From a virus (Duplodnaviria; Caudoviricetes), in IMG/VR virus record IMGVR_UViG_3300030331_000798, positions 1 through 61,618 of that record: a stretch of 61,618 bases of DNA; one strand, given 5' to 3'. Both the position numbers and the translations under genes were made by a program. This document shows, in pieces, positions 8,626 through 17,719 of the stretch (within the stretch, counting starts at the first letter, position 1; every line of letters begins with the position of its first letter). The notes below the pieces were generated by a model. It was not told where the DNA came from, did no database searches, and saw only the letters and a program-made list of their open reading frames with translations.

Positions 8626-11012
8626 TTACGAAATGTCGCGTCTAGCAGTTCAATAACTCTATCCCCTACTGGTCCTCCATCAGCTAAACCTTTAGGTGGG
8701 CCATATAACGCTCTTTTTGTCTTACTTCGACTAGCGGGGGCGTCACTATCAAAGCCTCTGTTGTATATAAATTCGCTTGGCTCTACGTCTAAGGAAGACT
8801 CTGGATACATAAACCGACGATCAGCTTCAAACTGTTCAGGAGTTTGTGGTAAAATATCGCGTCTTCTCGGAGTAATCATAAGATTAGCAGCATCTTCAGC
8901 ATCTGGACCCGTTGCAAAATCAGGGGTATCTGTTTCAGAAAACAGACTATTTATAAAGTCTTCTGTACTTTGCTTCGGAACTGGTTTTCTTTGAGGGATT
9001 TTAGGGGTTACTGAGTATTTAACATCAGAAGGCACCCCTTCAAATAAAGATTGCACCAACCGTGCTTCCGCTTCTCCAGGAATGCGGTTATATAGTTCGT
9101 ACCCCATGTCTTGAATATTAATAATCTTATTAAGTTTCTTTCCTGCATTTGCTCTGTCTTTTAATACCGCATCGTCTATGTCTATTAAAAAACCAGACAG
9201 ATCATCATATACTTTTGCCCAATCATCTAGCCCGAATTGAAGGTCTCTAAATTCATAGTCATTTAGAGCGTCGCTCATAGGTGTGCCGTCACTTCGGATA
9301 CGAAAACTAAGAAGGTCATTTAACTTAGCTGCTCCTACATCACTTGAGCGGGTTATAGAAGCATTTAGAAGAGCCTTATCTTCAACCGTTAAATTAGGCC
9401 ATTCTTCCCGAAGGACTTCCATAAATAAAATAGCTCCGTCATCTTTTGCATGTGCGTTAGCGTCTGCTTCAACTTTTCTAGTGATGTTTTTAAATTTATG
9501 AACAGCGTTTGCTAGTTCTCTGTTTGCTATTTCAGAAAGACTAAGACCTCCTCGTCTTTGGAAATCAGAATTTCGGAATTGATTTTTTGTATAATCTCCA
9601 ATTGTTTTATCTATATCAGCAATAAGACTTTCATATTCATTATATTTTCCTAAAAGAGAAACGTCTTTAGGATCTAAAAATTTTTCTAAGTTCCCCCCGC
9701 CTTCAAGTCTCTCATAGGCTTGGACAGCATGTTGTACTTCATGTAAAATTGGAGAAAGAATTTGTTCATCGATAGTCTTTTTTATGCTTTGATCAAGCAC
9801 CGATGCTAATGCCTCGTCATCAGCGACTTCTCTTTTATTTTTTTCTAATTCTTTAATTCTATTTAAAGCCTGTTGAATTTTATTTCCAAGAAGTATCTCT
9901 CCACTTTCTGGGTCATTAAAGAAGCGTTGGAAAGCTGCGACCGTATTTGAGTCCATAGCTTCGTCATAAGAAATAGGCATGTTTCGTAAGTGCGGGTACT
10001 CTTTGAACAGTTCGGGGAAGTCAAGTATCTGGTCTAAACTAACTCTGAAATTTACTTCATCGGTAGCAAAACCTTTAAGCATGCTTTCAAGTTGAAAGGC
10101 GTTATCGTAATTTTTTATTTTAACATTAGACGTATCAATTTCAATACGAGGTTGGTCGTCAATTACAGACCGATATACTCTAAGAGTCTCTCCTCTGTCA
10201 AGTTGATCTCCCCAAAGCTCAGCATAAAATGGACGAAAATCTTCCCCACGTTTGCGACCTTCAGCTACCGCTTGTTCTTCAAATTTTCTTAATTCTGCTA
10301 TTTTATCAGGACCGGATTTCATACGCGCCCCACCCATAATCCCTAACACCTGTCCATCGTCGCCAGCTGTTCGGGCTATAGATCTAGCGGTTCCTGCTCC
10401 AATACCTGCAAGTGTTGACCCCATGTTGTATAAAAACTCGGTAGGTCTAGTGATCTGACCGGTGTCTTCGTCCTTGGTAGTAATACCTCCTGCTTCAATA
10501 TTTTGAGCACTTTTAATTGTGCCTTTCATTAAATCAGGAAGTATTTGAGGAAGTCCTTTTATAAATTCTTGTGTTTGTTTTTTCACCTCGGCTTTTTCTT
10601 CAGGTGTGCCAAATAAGGCTCGGTCGCCGAATTTTAACAAGTCACTGATACCGGTGATTATCGGAGGCTCGCCTGTTTTATAGTCGTACTCTCCTGGTTT
10701 GTAACTTATGAGAGGACGTTCTGTGGTAACTGCGTCTCCGTCAAAACCTCCGGTGAATCTGTAAAATTGTTCGCCGTAAGTGGACTCAGGGGCTTTTGTC
10801 TGTTTTGCTTTTAACGGGGCGAAAGGAGAAAGGAGAGGAGCTATTACTCCTTCTTCTGCTTCGGGAATACCACTGATATCATAATCCTCGTCTTCTTTCG
10901 GAGGAAGCTGAGTGTATCGATCTATTATTCCACCAATAACTTCACGGTCAGCATCTTGCTGTGCTAACTTCTCAGCTAAAAGTTCTTGGACTCTTTCGCT
11001 AGATCTAGCCAT
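8622..11012 (-). CDS. Large putative virion protein with LPD23-like region and zincin HExxH motif
   Basis: RIEIDTS, LDQILDFPELFKEYPHL, ILHEVQHAVQ, YNRIPGEAEARLV. Confidence 0.6.
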   Translation of the reverse strand: MARSSERVQELLAEKLAQQDADREVIGGIIDRYTQLPPKEDEDYDISGIPEAEEGVIAPLLSPFAPLKAKQTKAPESTYGEQFYRFTGGFDGDAVTTERPLISYKPGEYDYKTGEPPIITGISDLLKFGDRALFGTPEEKAEVKKQTQEFIKGLPQILPDLMKGTIKSAQNIEAGGITTKDEDTGQITRPTEFLYNMGSTLAGIGAGTARSIARTAGDDGQVLGIMGGARMKSGPDKIAELRKFEEQAVAEGRKRGEDFRPFYAELWGDQLDRGETLRVYRSVIDDQPRIEIDTSNVKIKNYDNAFQLESMLKGFATDEVNFRVSLDQILDFPELFKEYPHLRNMPISYDEAMDSNTVAAFQRFFNDPESGEILLGNKIQQALNRIKELEKNKREVADDEALASVLDQSIKKTIDEQILSPILHEVQHAVQAYERLEGGGNLEKFLDPKDVSLLGKYNEYESLIADIDKTIGDYTKNQFRNSDFQRRGGLSLSEIANRELANAVHKFKNITRKVEADANAHAKDDGAILFMEVLREEWPNLTVEDKALLNASITRSSDVGAAKLNDLLSFRIRSDGTPMSDALNDYEFRDLQFGLDDWAKVYDDLSGFLIDIDDAVLKDRANAGKKLNKIINIQDMGYELYNRIPGEAEARLVQSLFEGVPSDVKYSVTPKIPQRKPVPKQSTEDFINSLFSETDTPDFATGPDAEDAANLMITPRRRDILPQTPEQFEADRRFMYPESSLDVEPSEFIYNRGFDSDAPASRSKTKRALYGPPKGLADGGPVGDRVIELLDATFRK

Positions 11013-11019
11013 CGTTTAC

Positions 11020-11850
11020 TTATCTTGGGCCAAGGACAGGGGCTTCTTCTCGTCGGTTAGCTCTTCTTTCTCTAATACGCGAACCTATTTTCCTTAACCC
11101 CCCAAGTCCCATCTCAGCTAACCCCATTCCAGGAATTAACTGTCGCGCAAGTCTACGCTTTTCTGCTGGGTCGTCGGTCATTTCGATAGCTCTTAAAATT
11201 TTAGCTTGTGAAACTCCAGGAATCTGGTTCGTAACTGTATCTACAATTGCTTCTTGAACTACCCCGCCATCATCGTACCGTGGAGGTTGTACTGGTCCAC
11301 CCGCAGCCATCTGATCAATATCCGCTGCTGACGCACTGACCATACCCATTCCAGGATTTGCTTCCATCTGTGCCATCATCGCATTGCCGACATTCCTGAC
11401 TCCAAGATCTACGTCCATCTGCATCTGGCTAATCTTCGGAGCTGAAAAGTGGTATACGTCTTGAGGTAACCCAACCGGTCCACCGCTGCGAGCAAATTGT
11501 ACGTTAGTGGGTTCCATACCTGTGCTTTGTTGTTGCATTAACAACGCTTCAAGTTCAGGGGGTATCTGCTGCTGCTGACCACTTTGAAAATCTTGTGTGT
11601 CATACATGCCGCCGCCGTAAGTACCTTCCAACGCTTCTCGGAAATCTGGGGCGGTTGCCCCTAGTTCATCAGCTTCGCCTATCGTTTCAATCACCAACTC
11701 GTTAGCTACAGGAATAGACGGAGCCGCTCCTTCTATATACGCCGCTTCTTGGGCCGCTTCTTTTTGCGCTCTTGCCGTTTTCTTTCCTGCTGTAATACTT
11801 GCTGCTGTACTTACTACACCTACAGCTAAAGCGGTCCATGCTACACTCAT
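11020..11850 (-). CDS. Putative internal virion protein
   Basis: 276 aa; hydrophobic Ala/Gly-rich N-terminus; three xxxGGxV motifs. Confidence 0.55.
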   Translation of the reverse strand: MSVAWTALAVGVVSTAASITAGKKTARAQKEAAQEAAYIEGAAPSIPVANELVIETIGEADELGATAPDFREALEGTYGGGMYDTQDFQSGQQQQIPPELEALLMQQQSTGMEPTNVQFARSGGPVGLPQDVYHFSAPKISQMQMDVDLGVRNVGNAMMAQMEANPGMGMVSASAADIDQMAAGGPVQPPRYDDGGVVQEAIVDTVTNQIPGVSQAKILRAIEMTDDPAEKRRLARQLIPGMGLAEMGLGGLRKIGSRIRERRANRREEAPVLGPR

Positions 11851-12299
11851 GCTACATTCTCCTCGAACGAATCAATCGCAATCCGCGCTTCTAATTCTTC
11901 AATATCTCGTGAATCATCCGGATTCGGATGAATCGTTAATATTATGGTGTCTTCTAAAAAGTAGCCTACCCGTTTTGTATTAGCAGGGGTAGTGCAGATT
12001 GCGAAGTCTTTGAACACGTCTACCTGTTCTTTTTTCTGTGCTGTTGAAACAATCTTTACATGACCTTTGACTAAAATGAACATGTTCGGTTCTTTATGAA
12101 CCTTGCTCATAACAATCGAATCCTTCGGCCCTAAAAATTCTCTAATATATATTTGTGGCGCAAAGTGATGATTAACCATGGGTTTTATTTCTGCTTCCGG
12201 ATGTTTTACTAACACATCCATCATCACCTTTTGTAGCGTATTAAGTTTATCTCTTCGAGCTAACTCGAACTTAGAAACCTCCGCTAGTTCAGAACTCAT
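11847..12299 (-). CDS. Cupin-fold protein
   Basis: HHFAPQIYIREF...KVHKEPNMFILVKGHV...PANTKRVG...TIH pattern. Confidence 0.6.
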   Translation of the reverse strand: MSSELAEVSKFELARRDKLNTLQKVMMDVLVKHPEAEIKPMVNHHFAPQIYIREFLGPKDSIVMSKVHKEPNMFILVKGHVKIVSTAQKKEQVDVFKDFAICTTPANTKRVGYFLEDTIILTIHPNPDDSRDIEELEARIAIDSFEENVA

Positions 12300-13780
12300 T
12301 TGTAGCTCTTACCGTAATATCCTTTTTGGAAAACCTGACCACCAGTCTTATAACTTGCTGGCACCATCATTCTTTTGCGACGTCGCGTTCCTGGACGACC
12401 GCCCATGTTCTTCTTTTCAGTCTTCGCAGCTTGCCTAAAGTTCTCAGCTGTCGGTGCACCTTTCTCACCTTTCCTTCGCATCCGCTCACCAGAGCCTGCT
12501 GCTATACGTTTACGCTTCGCGTGTATATTTGCATATAATCCTGGACGACCGCCCTTGGCCATTAGGTCAGGATCTACATCACTGTCTCTTAGTAATCTTT
12601 CTAATTCTCTCGTATATCTTCTCACAGTTTCAGGCTCCAGATTTTCTCGGTTCAACTGTGCTCGAAGAGAATCTATCATCGACGCATTTTTTCCACGCGG
12701 TATTGGGTCAAACTCACTACTACCCTTGGGCATTGTTCCTGATCTACGTGCCGCATCTAAATCTTTATTTAACCCTCTTAGTGCCGCATCTAATCCTGCT
12801 TCCGAAGATCTAGGGTTCATCGAACCTTCTAACATATCAAAAAGAGAAGGTAAGCCGCTTTCAGACTCTCGATTAAAATCTAGTTCCATTTGGTCGTCTG
12901 CAAGCCCTCTGTTTCGACGCGTAAACGCAGTGTCTCGAGGAGGTAAACCTTGTGCTATTCTCGCCTCATCTTCCTTATGCTGCTTTAGTAATGCTGTGCG
13001 ATGTCTTTGTGTTTGTGACGCACGTCTCTCAGGTTGTTTAATCGGATCAAGAAAATCAGGGTTTGTTTCGTCCGAAGGGAATGTTGGGTTTTTATACTCT
13101 TCATAATACCTAGAACGTGGACGAGTAGGGATTGCACTTTGCCGTATTTCTTGTATAAGGTCGTCAATATTGACCCCTCTTTTTGCTGCCATAGCGTACA
13201 GTTTTTGAAAAGCCTCTGTAGGTAACTCATCCGTTAACCCTAAATCATAGGCTTCTAAATCTTTTGCTAAAAACTCCGTTCTTCCCTCGACTATGTTTCT
13301 CGGCGAATAATACGACCCACTAGGTCTCATCCTCCTCAGCTCACTAGGGGTTGCGCCCTGTTCTCTTAATAAATCTATTTCGGACTTATCTGGGTTCTTT
13401 TCTTTACTTAGTAGTCTTTCTACAATTGCTTCAAGCCCTTCGCGCATACTCTTAAAGCGGCCACCAGGACTCATCGCTCCCATTACAGTAGCAGCAAGTC
13501 CCGCCTCTTCTACTGGTAAATCTGTTACCGAATTAATTAACTCTTCAACTGATGCAAACTCACCAATGCCTTCTAATAGTTCTGATAACCGTCCGTCGCT
13601 TATCGCTTCTGTAAGTGCGTATGCAGGAATCCCACTAGTAGCTACTTCAATACTTTCCGTATCGGTGGGGAGTCCTACTGCTTCCGTTACATACCTTAAA
13701 CCGCCTAGTGCAACATCTGACTTGCTTAACTCATCTTCGAAATCTTCTTGCATTTCATAGGAGTCTCTAGCCATTACCAT
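12296..13780 (-). CDS. Hypothetical protein with basic C-terminal module
   Basis: 494 aa; C-terminal GLYANIHAKRKRIAAGSGERMR module and three xxxGG motifs. Confidence 0.65.
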   Translation of the reverse strand: MVMARDSYEMQEDFEDELSKSDVALGGLRYVTEAVGLPTDTESIEVATSGIPAYALTEAISDGRLSELLEGIGEFASVEELINSVTDLPVEEAGLAATVMGAMSPGGRFKSMREGLEAIVERLLSKEKNPDKSEIDLLREQGATPSELRRMRPSGSYYSPRNIVEGRTEFLAKDLEAYDLGLTDELPTEAFQKLYAMAAKRGVNIDDLIQEIRQSAIPTRPRSRYYEEYKNPTFPSDETNPDFLDPIKQPERRASQTQRHRTALLKQHKEDEARIAQGLPPRDTAFTRRNRGLADDQMELDFNRESESGLPSLFDMLEGSMNPRSSEAGLDAALRGLNKDLDAARRSGTMPKGSSEFDPIPRGKNASMIDSLRAQLNRENLEPETVRRYTRELERLLRDSDVDPDLMAKGGRPGLYANIHAKRKRIAAGSGERMRRKGEKGAPTAENFRQAAKTEKKNMGGRPGTRRRKRMMVPASYKTGGQVFQKGYYGKSYK

Positions 13781-14070
13781 TTCACCTTATCGGCCCAATA
13801 AGCCGCTGACATTTTTCCTTTAGCAATGTTCTTTCCATGGCGAGCTTTGAAGCTCTTGCGCCTCGCCTTCTGCTTATCTGACTCACCCTTCTTAGGCTTG
13901 CCTGCAGTCTTCACGCCTTGCTGCCCGAAACGAATGAGTTTTAACTTGTGTCCTTCTTGCGCTAATACCATATGCGACTTCTTCGGATGGCTGGGTGTGC
14001 GCTTCGGTTTGTTCACACCCTTCAAGTTGTGCTTCTTGATTAAGTTCGCTCTACGAGTTTCATGTGCCAT
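13774..14070 (-). CDS. Small basic conserved phage protein (start revised to MAHET)
   Basis: KLIRFGQQG...ARRKSFKARH...SAAYWADKVKW; the upstream extension to 14223 looks non-coding. Confidence 0.7.
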   Translation of the reverse strand: MAHETRRANLIKKHNLKGVNKPKRTPSHPKKSHMVLAQEGHKLKLIRFGQQGVKTAGKPKKGESDKQKARRKSFKARHGKNIAKGKMSAAYWADKVKW

Positions 14071-14256
14071 GTGCGAATCGTAACTCTTTATATACGTCAC
14101 GCGCAACGCTCTAAAAAAATGTCGCGAAAAATTTTTGAGGTAGGAGTCCCACGGAAATCTGCGAAAAATTTGTGGTCTGGGGACCCGTAGCAAAAGTACA
14201 GAGAAAAAAGAGGCTGGAACCAAGAAAGGTGAGTGGGTGGGTGGGTAAGGGGGGCC

Positions 14257-14280
14257 CTCAGGGGGGTATACCCCCCTGAG
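14257..14280. repeat. Perfect 24-bp palindrome
   Basis: CTCAGGGGGGTATACCCCCCTGAG. Confidence 0.9.
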
Positions 14281-14370
14281 CTAACAAGCCAACACACACA
14301 ACTAACTAACAAGCCAACACACACAAGGTTAGCACCTGGGCGGCAACTAACTAACAAGCCAACACACACA
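14281..14370. repeat. Three exact 20-bp direct repeats
   Basis: CTAACAAGCCAACACACACA at 14281, 14306 and 14351. Confidence 0.9.
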
Positions 14371-14385
14371 CTAGTGTAGAGATTG

Positions 14386-14443
14386 CCTAGCGCATAGGTG
14401 TAGAGACTACCTAGCGCATTGCCATAAGTATTGCCTAGCGCAT
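14386..14443. repeat. Three CCTAGCGCAT repeats with 24-bp period
   Basis: Copies start at 14386, 14410 and 14434. Confidence 0.9.
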
Positions 14444-14669
14444 AGGTTTAGGTTTATACTTAGGTTGTTAATCGCGCTCGTAGGTGCGGGAATGGGGTCG
14501 CGGGGCGGCATACAAAGTTCCCACTAGCCATGCGAGATTATTAACCGTTGGGCAGCTTGTGTACTTGACGGCTGGAGTGTGCCTGTAATATACGTCATGC
14601 ATAACAGTTAGCGTTAGCAATCCTGTTAGCGTTAACTTACTTGTTAATCTTTAAAAAGGAATTTTTATT

Positions 14670-15143
14670 ATGGCTAATTCAAATACAGCTAACAATCAAG
14701 TCAACGCGGAAGTCAGTGTTAAACAAGCGATTGCAAACATTGATAAGAAGAAAGTTGACTTAGGCCAGTTACCTGATTTAACTGAATCTACAAAGGGTGG
14801 TGGTTCTAAAGGTAACGCTACCAATGTGTTTGATCATAACAAGGCATCAAACATTAAATGGCCAGCTATACCGGCTTGTGCCTATTGGGGTTATCAACAT
14901 CTTTGTATTGAGAATGGTTTAACCTCCGGCAAAGATGGCTTTACTGACTCAGAGATTGAAAAGGTAATCATCATTAAACAAGAGGCTGAACGTAACTCTA
15001 AAGGTGATGAGACAGGCCGGACTTTTTACACTTATAAAAACCTTAAAACAGGTAAAACTTATAAGTCAGTTCAAAGGCTTAACAAACACCTAACCGCTAG
15101 CGGTTACGCAAAGCGTATGAACGAAGTATTAACTAGGAGCTAA
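14670..15143 (+). CDS. Hypothetical protein, isolated plus-strand gene
   Basis: 157 aa; AAAGGA RBS; own terminator downstream. Confidence 0.75.
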   Translation: MANSNTANNQVNAEVSVKQAIANIDKKKVDLGQLPDLTESTKGGGSKGNATNVFDHNKASNIKWPAIPACAYWGYQHLCIENGLTSGKDGFTDSEIEKVIIIKQEAERNSKGDETGRTFYTYKNLKTGKTYKSVQRLNKHLTASGYAKRMNEVLTRS

Positions 15144-15160
15144 TACCTAGCTAACAAACT

Positions 15161-15184
15161 AGCCTACCGTGTGTGGGCTTTTTT
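15161..15184 (+). terminator. Rho-independent terminator
   Basis: AGCCTAC-CGTGT-GTGGGCT followed by TTTTT. Confidence 0.6.
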
Positions 15185-15420
15185 GTTACTAGTCACTAAC
15201 AAGTGATTAAACGCTGGACACAAACTTAACAAGTCAACACACACATAACAAATAACAAAACGCTGGACACATAACAAACAAACGCACGTTAACAAACTTG
15301 CACACGTTTGTTATAACAAACCGTTGGACGGCTTGTTAAAAATCGTAATCCGTGGGTCGGTCGGTCACTCAATGAATGAATGGGTGGGTGGGCGGGTGGC
15401 GCACGCGCGATTGATTGATC

Positions 15421-15476
15421 GAGTAGAGTAGAGTAGAGCGAGTAGAGTAGAGTAGAGTGACTGATCGAGTAGAGTG
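15421..15476. repeat. GAGTA pentamer tandem array
   Basis: gagtagagtagagtagagcgagtagagtagagtagagtga directly downstream of the terS stop. Confidence 0.85.
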
Positions 15477-15477
15477 A

Positions 15478-16011
15478 TCAATCGGTGCTGGTGTTAATCA
15501 CTTCGCCCTCGATGGTCCGAGGTGCTCGTTTGCTGATCAAGTCGCTCAGTCGATCGATCAGCTGGTCCTTGCTAAGTCCGTCGATCTTAGCGGTCAAGAC
15601 TTCCCGTCGATCGATGTAGAGTCCCCCTGCCTTCCCTCGGTGGATCTCTGCCGTAATGGCTGCGTTAATCTGTCCTTGGTCCCTCGCCTCCTCCCTCAGA
15701 TCATGTAGAGCAGATAGATGGCTCTCCATGGAAATCTTTTCTCTTTCCTCGGCCTCTATCTCCTGCTCAATCAGATAGTTTCGGACTAGTGGGTTGTGAT
15801 TGAGTAACACACTGCCTTGTCGCTTCGCAGCGTTGCGGTTCTTCGTGTAGCCTGCTTTTACAGCGGCATCGGTGGCGTTCTGGCCTTTAACGTACTCCCT
15901 TACAAACTTCTTTTGTTTCGAGTTGAGTTCCTGCCACGTCTTACCATCGGGGTCGACGTAACCGTTACCATCGTCTGTAGGAACCATTGGGGTGTACTTT
16001 AGTTCTTTCAT
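15478..16011 (-). CDS. terS: Terminase small subunit
   Basis: LNSKQKKFVREY...NATDAAVKAGY...GSVLL HTH and AAITAEIHRGKAGGLY. Confidence 0.85.
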   Translation of the reverse strand: MKELKYTPMVPTDDGNGYVDPDGKTWQELNSKQKKFVREYVKGQNATDAAVKAGYTKNRNAAKRQGSVLLNHNPLVRNYLIEQEIEAEEREKISMESHLSALHDLREEARDQGQINAAITAEIHRGKAGGLYIDRREVLTAKIDGLSKDQLIDRLSDLISKRAPRTIEGEVINTSTD

Positions 16012-16077
16012 CCAGTCTTTCCGAGTGTTTCAACTGGGTGAAGTATAGTTTATATATGTAATCTTTTTTATAAAAAG

Positions 16078-16290
16078 TAAAAGTTTTCTCGTGGCCTTCT
16101 TTTCTTATATTCTCTCTTGAAACTAATAACTAATAGATTTTCTATTACTTTCGTCACTCACCACTATCCACTGTTCTCGAGGCTTTCACCCTCATTCTAT
16201 TACTTCTATTAGTCTATTAGTCGTTTTTGTTAATTTTTTTAAAAAAAGTTAAATCTCTCACAGAACAATATATCTAATATCTAATATCGA
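16078..16290 (-). repeat. AT-rich iteron-like element, copy A (inverted homologue of 37085-37277)
   Basis: Multiple CTATTA/TAATAG units; three blocks match the reverse complement of copy B. Confidence 0.75.
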
Positions 16291-16301
16291 TCGCTGGGCA
16301 T

Positions 16302-16335
16302 AAAAAAGCCCCAGTCCACCTAAATGAACTGGGGC
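16302..16335 (-). terminator. Rho-independent terminator ending the early gene block
   Basis: GCCCCAGT...ACTGGGGC followed by TTTTTT on the minus strand. Confidence 0.75.
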
Positions 16336-16418
16336 AATCCAAGTCTACCTCAAAGTAAAAAGGTTCACCTTGAGTTCTTCGAGGTAGTCACGGCGGCTTG
16401 GTCAACCGTTAACCTTAC

Positions 16419-16988
16419 TCAAGGTGTGTGCTCTTTTTGTGCCACTGATGACCCTGTCGAAACGGTCGGAAACGCAGTGTCCTCGGACAGTGTTGTTTCT
16501 AACACAGACTGTGCCTCGTTAGCCTCTGCTAGTAAAACTCCATCGTTCACAACTAGGAACTCGTTGCGGTGTTTTCCTGGAACGCTTTTGAACTCTTTAA
16601 AAAACTCGGCGAACACCTCGCTGTCATAAGTGCGGTATTTCGGGTTTCTGTTCATCCGGTCTTTAGTGTAGTCTAGTAAATTATTCAACCACACTTGTCG
16701 AGCATTTTTCCAAACGATCGTCTGTACTGGGTCGAAGCCTATGTTGTCCACCCAGCTCTCGGTGATCTTCTCAACGTAGGGGTTCACATAGCTGTATGTA
16801 ATCGCCATGTCGAATACGTTCGGCATAGCCGCTCGCATATCCATCAACACGCCAGTGTCTGAAGTGCATATCAGCTGGTGTGCTTCGTTCATACCGCGTG
16901 CGTAGCGGTCTGAAATGTCATCGGGCCACTTATAGTAATCCCTGAGGAATGGCATGATGATCTGAGAGTGATAGTTTGATCTATCCAT
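16419..16988 (-). CDS. Hypothetical protein
   Basis: 189 aa; AAAGGAG RBS. Confidence 0.65.
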   Translation of the reverse strand: MDRSNYHSQIIMPFLRDYYKWPDDISDRYARGMNEAHQLICTSDTGVLMDMRAAMPNVFDMAITYSYVNPYVEKITESWVDNIGFDPVQTIVWKNARQVWLNNLLDYTKDRMNRNPKYRTYDSEVFAEFFKEFKSVPGKHRNEFLVVNDGVLLAEANEAQSVLETTLSEDTAFPTVSTGSSVAQKEHTP

Positions 16989-17136
16989 TATCGTTCTCCT
17001 TTCTATTGGTTTTAGCTTCGTACTCGTCTACCCATTTATGAATCTGCTGGGCGGGGCTGCGATAGCCTTCCCTGCTGATTCGGTTCAACCGGCGGTAGAT
17101 CTTCTCCGGTAGTTCGATTGTAAGTCTGTTACGCAA
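16981..17136 (-). CDS. Ribbon-helix-helix (Arc/CopG-like) DNA-binding protein, 51 aa, not in ORF track
   Basis: TTG start with AAAGGAG RBS; MRNRLTIELPEKIYRRLNRISREGYRSPAQQIHKWVDEY fits the strand-helix-helix pattern. Confidence 0.65.
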   Translation of the reverse strand: MRNRLTIELPEKIYRRLNRISREGYRSPAQQIHKWVDEYEAKTNRKENDNG

Positions 17137-17141
17137 ATCAA

Positions 17142-17198
17142 TTCTCCTTTCTGTTAGTTAAGTGTTTCTTGGAGTGGCCTCGTAAAGCCACTCGCAGA
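17142..17198 (-). promoter_or_regulatory. Leader hairpin element, copy 1
   Basis: Hairpin plus AGAAACACTTAA plus AGAAAGGAG; repeated at 18504-18561. Confidence 0.6.
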
Positions 17199-17398
17199 AA
17201 AACTCATTAGCACACTCCGCAGTGGCGACCCGCAGAGTGCCGATCCCTCGTGATATTATGTCCCCTTCTGCTCCACTGACTTAAGGATCGGATGGAGGGT
17301 TTTCTCGGGACTAACTCTAGCCCATTGTACTATCTCCCGTCTGGTTAATACTGCGGTATAGCCGGTCGCGACTCGACCTCACCCGCAGCTCTTTTGTC

Positions 17399-17719
17399 CT
17401 AGTTCTCAAGGTTCTCTTGTCCAAAGTGTGGTTCTATTTGGTTATCGAGAGCCTTGTTAATCATCGCTTGTTCGTCTTCGGTAAACTTATCCCAGTGCTC
17501 ATCTATAAGCGTTCCGTTAGCGCAGTTCATTTCGTACTGGCTTCCGAAGTCGCCGTAGTCAGTGTGCGTTCTTTTCGGCATCATGTCCCACAATTTCTTG
17601 TAGAGTTCTTTGCTCAACCCGTCGTAACACTCGGCCAACTGGTCGAGTGAAACAAACTCTGCGTCTTCATGCATCTGCATTTTCTCTTTCCTCCTTGATC
17701 TCTTCGAGCAGTTCTTCAA
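17399..17719 (-). CDS. Hypothetical protein (true start probably MQMHED)
   Basis: Acidic ORF in the coupled early gene array. Confidence 0.55.
   Translation of the reverse strand: MKNCSKRSRRKEKMQMHEDAEFVSLDQLAECYDGLSKELYKKLWDMMPKRTHTDYGDFGSQYEMNCANGTLIDEHWDKFTEDEQAMINKALDNQIEPHFGQENLEN

Noticed and set aside
12375-13106. 243-aa antisense ORF and other plus-strand ORFs over minus-strand genes
   Set aside because: They lie fully antisense to coherent coupled genes and show no recognisable motifs.
14097-14369. 90-aa ORF and the N-terminal extension of 13774-14223
   Set aside because: These are translations of non-coding repeats (CVGLLVS repeated).
14281-14443. Possible mini-CRISPR array
   Set aside because: Repeats are 10-20 bp and low complexity, spacers are too short or irregular (5, 25 and 14 bp), and no cas genes are present.
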